Translations under genes and position numbers: made by a program
NCBI GenBank assembly: GCA_014762505.1
Contig: JABURS010000018.1
Span: forward strand, 3,889 to 67,888
DNA: 64,000 nucleotides
Direction: 5' to 3'
DNA from: Chromatiales bacterium
Lineage (GTDB): Bacteria; Pseudomonadota; Gammaproteobacteria; SpSt-1174
The notes under the pieces: model-generated
The model's input: the letters and a program-made list of their open reading frames with translations, nothing else
Databases searched by the model: none
Told to the model about the DNA's origin: nothing
Part shown: one piece after another, positions 63,256 to 64,000 of the stretch
Layout of the letters: each line of letters begins with the position of its first letter
Numbering within the stretch: the stretch's first letter is position 1

Positions 63256-63270
63256 CGCGTCTGCTCCTGT

Positions 63271-63981
63271 CTATGCGTTTTCTGCCGCTTCCTGGCGCAG
63301 GAAGAACTCCGCCAGCGCCAGGTCCTCGGGACGAGTGATCTTGATGTTGTCACCCCGCCCCTCGACCAGCAAGGGGGCCTGGCCGACGTATTCCAGGGCC
63401 GAGGCCTCGTCGGTGATCACCGCACCCTCCGCCGCCGCCCGTGCCAGGGCCTCGCGCAGGGCGCCCAGGCGGAACATCTGCGGTGTGAGGGCGTGCCACA
63501 GACCCTCGCGCTCCTCGGTACGGTCGATGCCGCCGCGCTGCCCCGCCCGCTTCATGGTGTCGCGCACGGGCGTGGCCAGTATGCCGCCGGTGGCGTCGCC
63601 GATCAGGGCCTCGATGAGCCGGTCGATGTCGGAGGGACGCAGGCAGGGGCGGGCCGCATCGTGCACCAGGACCCAGTCATCGGTGGCGGCATGCGCGGCC
63701 AGCACGGCCAGGGCATTGCCCACCGAATCGCTGCGTTCCCTGCCGCCCGGGGCGATGAACAGCGGCTTTTGCGTGCGCACGGACAGCCCGGGCCAGTAGG
63801 CATCGTCCGCGCTCACGGCCAGCACGATGCCGGCGATCGCCGGGTGGGCGTCGAAGCGGGCGATGCTGTGTTCGAGCACGGTACGGCCCAGCAGGGAGAG
63901 GTATTGCTTGGGGCGGTCCGCGCGCATGCGCCTGCCGACGCCGGCGGCGGGGATCACGGCCCAGTAACGTACGCTGGTCAT
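63271..63981 (-). CDS. ispD: MEP cytidylyltransferase
   Basis: PAAGVGRRM..PKQY, VHDAARP, TPQ, TDEASA, NIKIT. Confidence 0.97.
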   Translation of the reverse strand: MTSVRYWAVIPAAGVGRRMRADRPKQYLSLLGRTVLEHSIARFDAHPAIAGIVLAVSADDAYWPGLSVRTQKPLFIAPGGRERSDSVGNALAVLAAHAATDDWVLVHDAARPCLRPSDIDRLIEALIGDATGGILATPVRDTMKRAGQRGGIDRTEEREGLWHALTPQMFRLGALREALARAAAEGAVITDEASALEYVGQAPLLVEGRGDNIKITRPEDLALAEFFLRQEAAENA

Positions 63982-64000
63982 GGTTCGGGGGTGTCTTGCG

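Overview
GC-rich chromosomal window from a Gammaproteobacterium. The gene order, tmRNA tag ANDDNYALAA and DsrE/DUF302/DUF2892 content suggest a Chromatiales/Ectothiorhodospiraceae-like organism, possibly a sulfur oxidiser (inference). It is mostly core genome: uvrY/gacA start, yceJI-LysR, gltX with tRNA-Ala/tRNA-Glu, glyA-nrdR-rib-nusB-thiL-pgpA, ettA, msrPQ, purL, ssrA, comEC-exbBD-lpxK-ycaR-kdsB, lolE/D, aguAB, mfd, nagZ, polB, ispDF. No integrase, transposase, phage gene or CRISPR array was seen. The most interesting signals are non-coding or odd architectures. (1) A candidate ~88-nt sigma54-dependent sRNA with NtrC-like upstream sites and an anti-SD plus anti-AUG seed (56138-56225, minus). 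(2) A 177-bp structured tandem repeat duplicating the tRNA-Glu 3' end, and a small membrane ORF inside the tRNA spacer. (3) A c-di-GMP-I riboswitch over an unknown secreted protein. (4) A CheW-TM-LysM fusion. (5) A dihaem cytochrome c-DUF302 paired with a Cys-less DUF302. (6) A degenerate WaaA-like gene in the usual msbA slot, coupled to a motif-altered LpxK. (7) A proteasome-like Ntn hydrolase inside the riboflavin operon. All calls come from reading motifs by eye; no database search was run.
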